Positions 63,809-64,000 of a DNA stretch of 64,000 nt are shown piece after piece (positions within the stretch are counted from its first letter, which is position 1; every line of letters starts with the position of its first letter). Below the pieces are notes generated by a model. The model did no database searches, was not told the DNA's origin, and saw only the letters and a list, made by a program, of their open reading frames with translations. A program made the translations under genes and the position numbers. The stretch is from Iphione sp. A-MEVVRFRX5 (lineage: Eukaryota), in assembly GCA_976226885.1 (NCBI GenBank), contig OZ320316.1:38006001-38070000 (forward strand). Direction: 5' to 3'.

Positions 63809-64000
63809 TAATTTATAAACAGATGCATTCGATATTTTCTTATATTCTACAAACCGCTCTCTCTTTCTCTGCACTTGAATGCGCCAATCGATCCTCCTTA
63901 CTAGATCAGTAATCATTTGAAGGCACCCTCAAACTTCACTTCTTGAATGAACTGACAAATGACACTGTTGATGGGTGGGGTTCTTTATATCAGATAATAT

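Overview
Eukaryotic genomic DNA (roughly 40% GC, MITE-rich, enriched in TACATGTA), most likely from a marine invertebrate (inference; taxon not determinable here). The best-supported gene is a minus-strand SPEC3/Stum-family small membrane protein in three coding exons (34297-33991, 13136-12954, 12697-12186; 1002 nt, 333 aa; both introns phase 1 GT-AG, intron 1 about 20.9 kb). Further upstream on the same strand is an exon encoding a 79-aa single-pass Cys-rich membrane peptide (56964-56725), and several GC-rich exon-like islands with minus-strand splice signals (about 52.1, 50.7 and 43.2 kb). Manual translation suggests heavily decayed LRR/TLR-like gene fragments in both orientations at about 4.9-11.6 kb, which the ORF track does not show. 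The rest is transposon debris: a 5'-truncated CR1/L2-type LINE (21.3-23.2 kb), a second RT fragment (40.7-40.9 kb), two pogo/Tigger transposase remnants (26-28 kb, 46.6-47.3 kb), a 3.8-kb decayed Sola-like transposon bounded by TTAA (57410-61205), at least seven MITE families and compound microsatellites. No rRNA, tRNA or CRISPR array was seen. All assignments come from reading the sequence by eye and from recalled family motifs; no searches were run.
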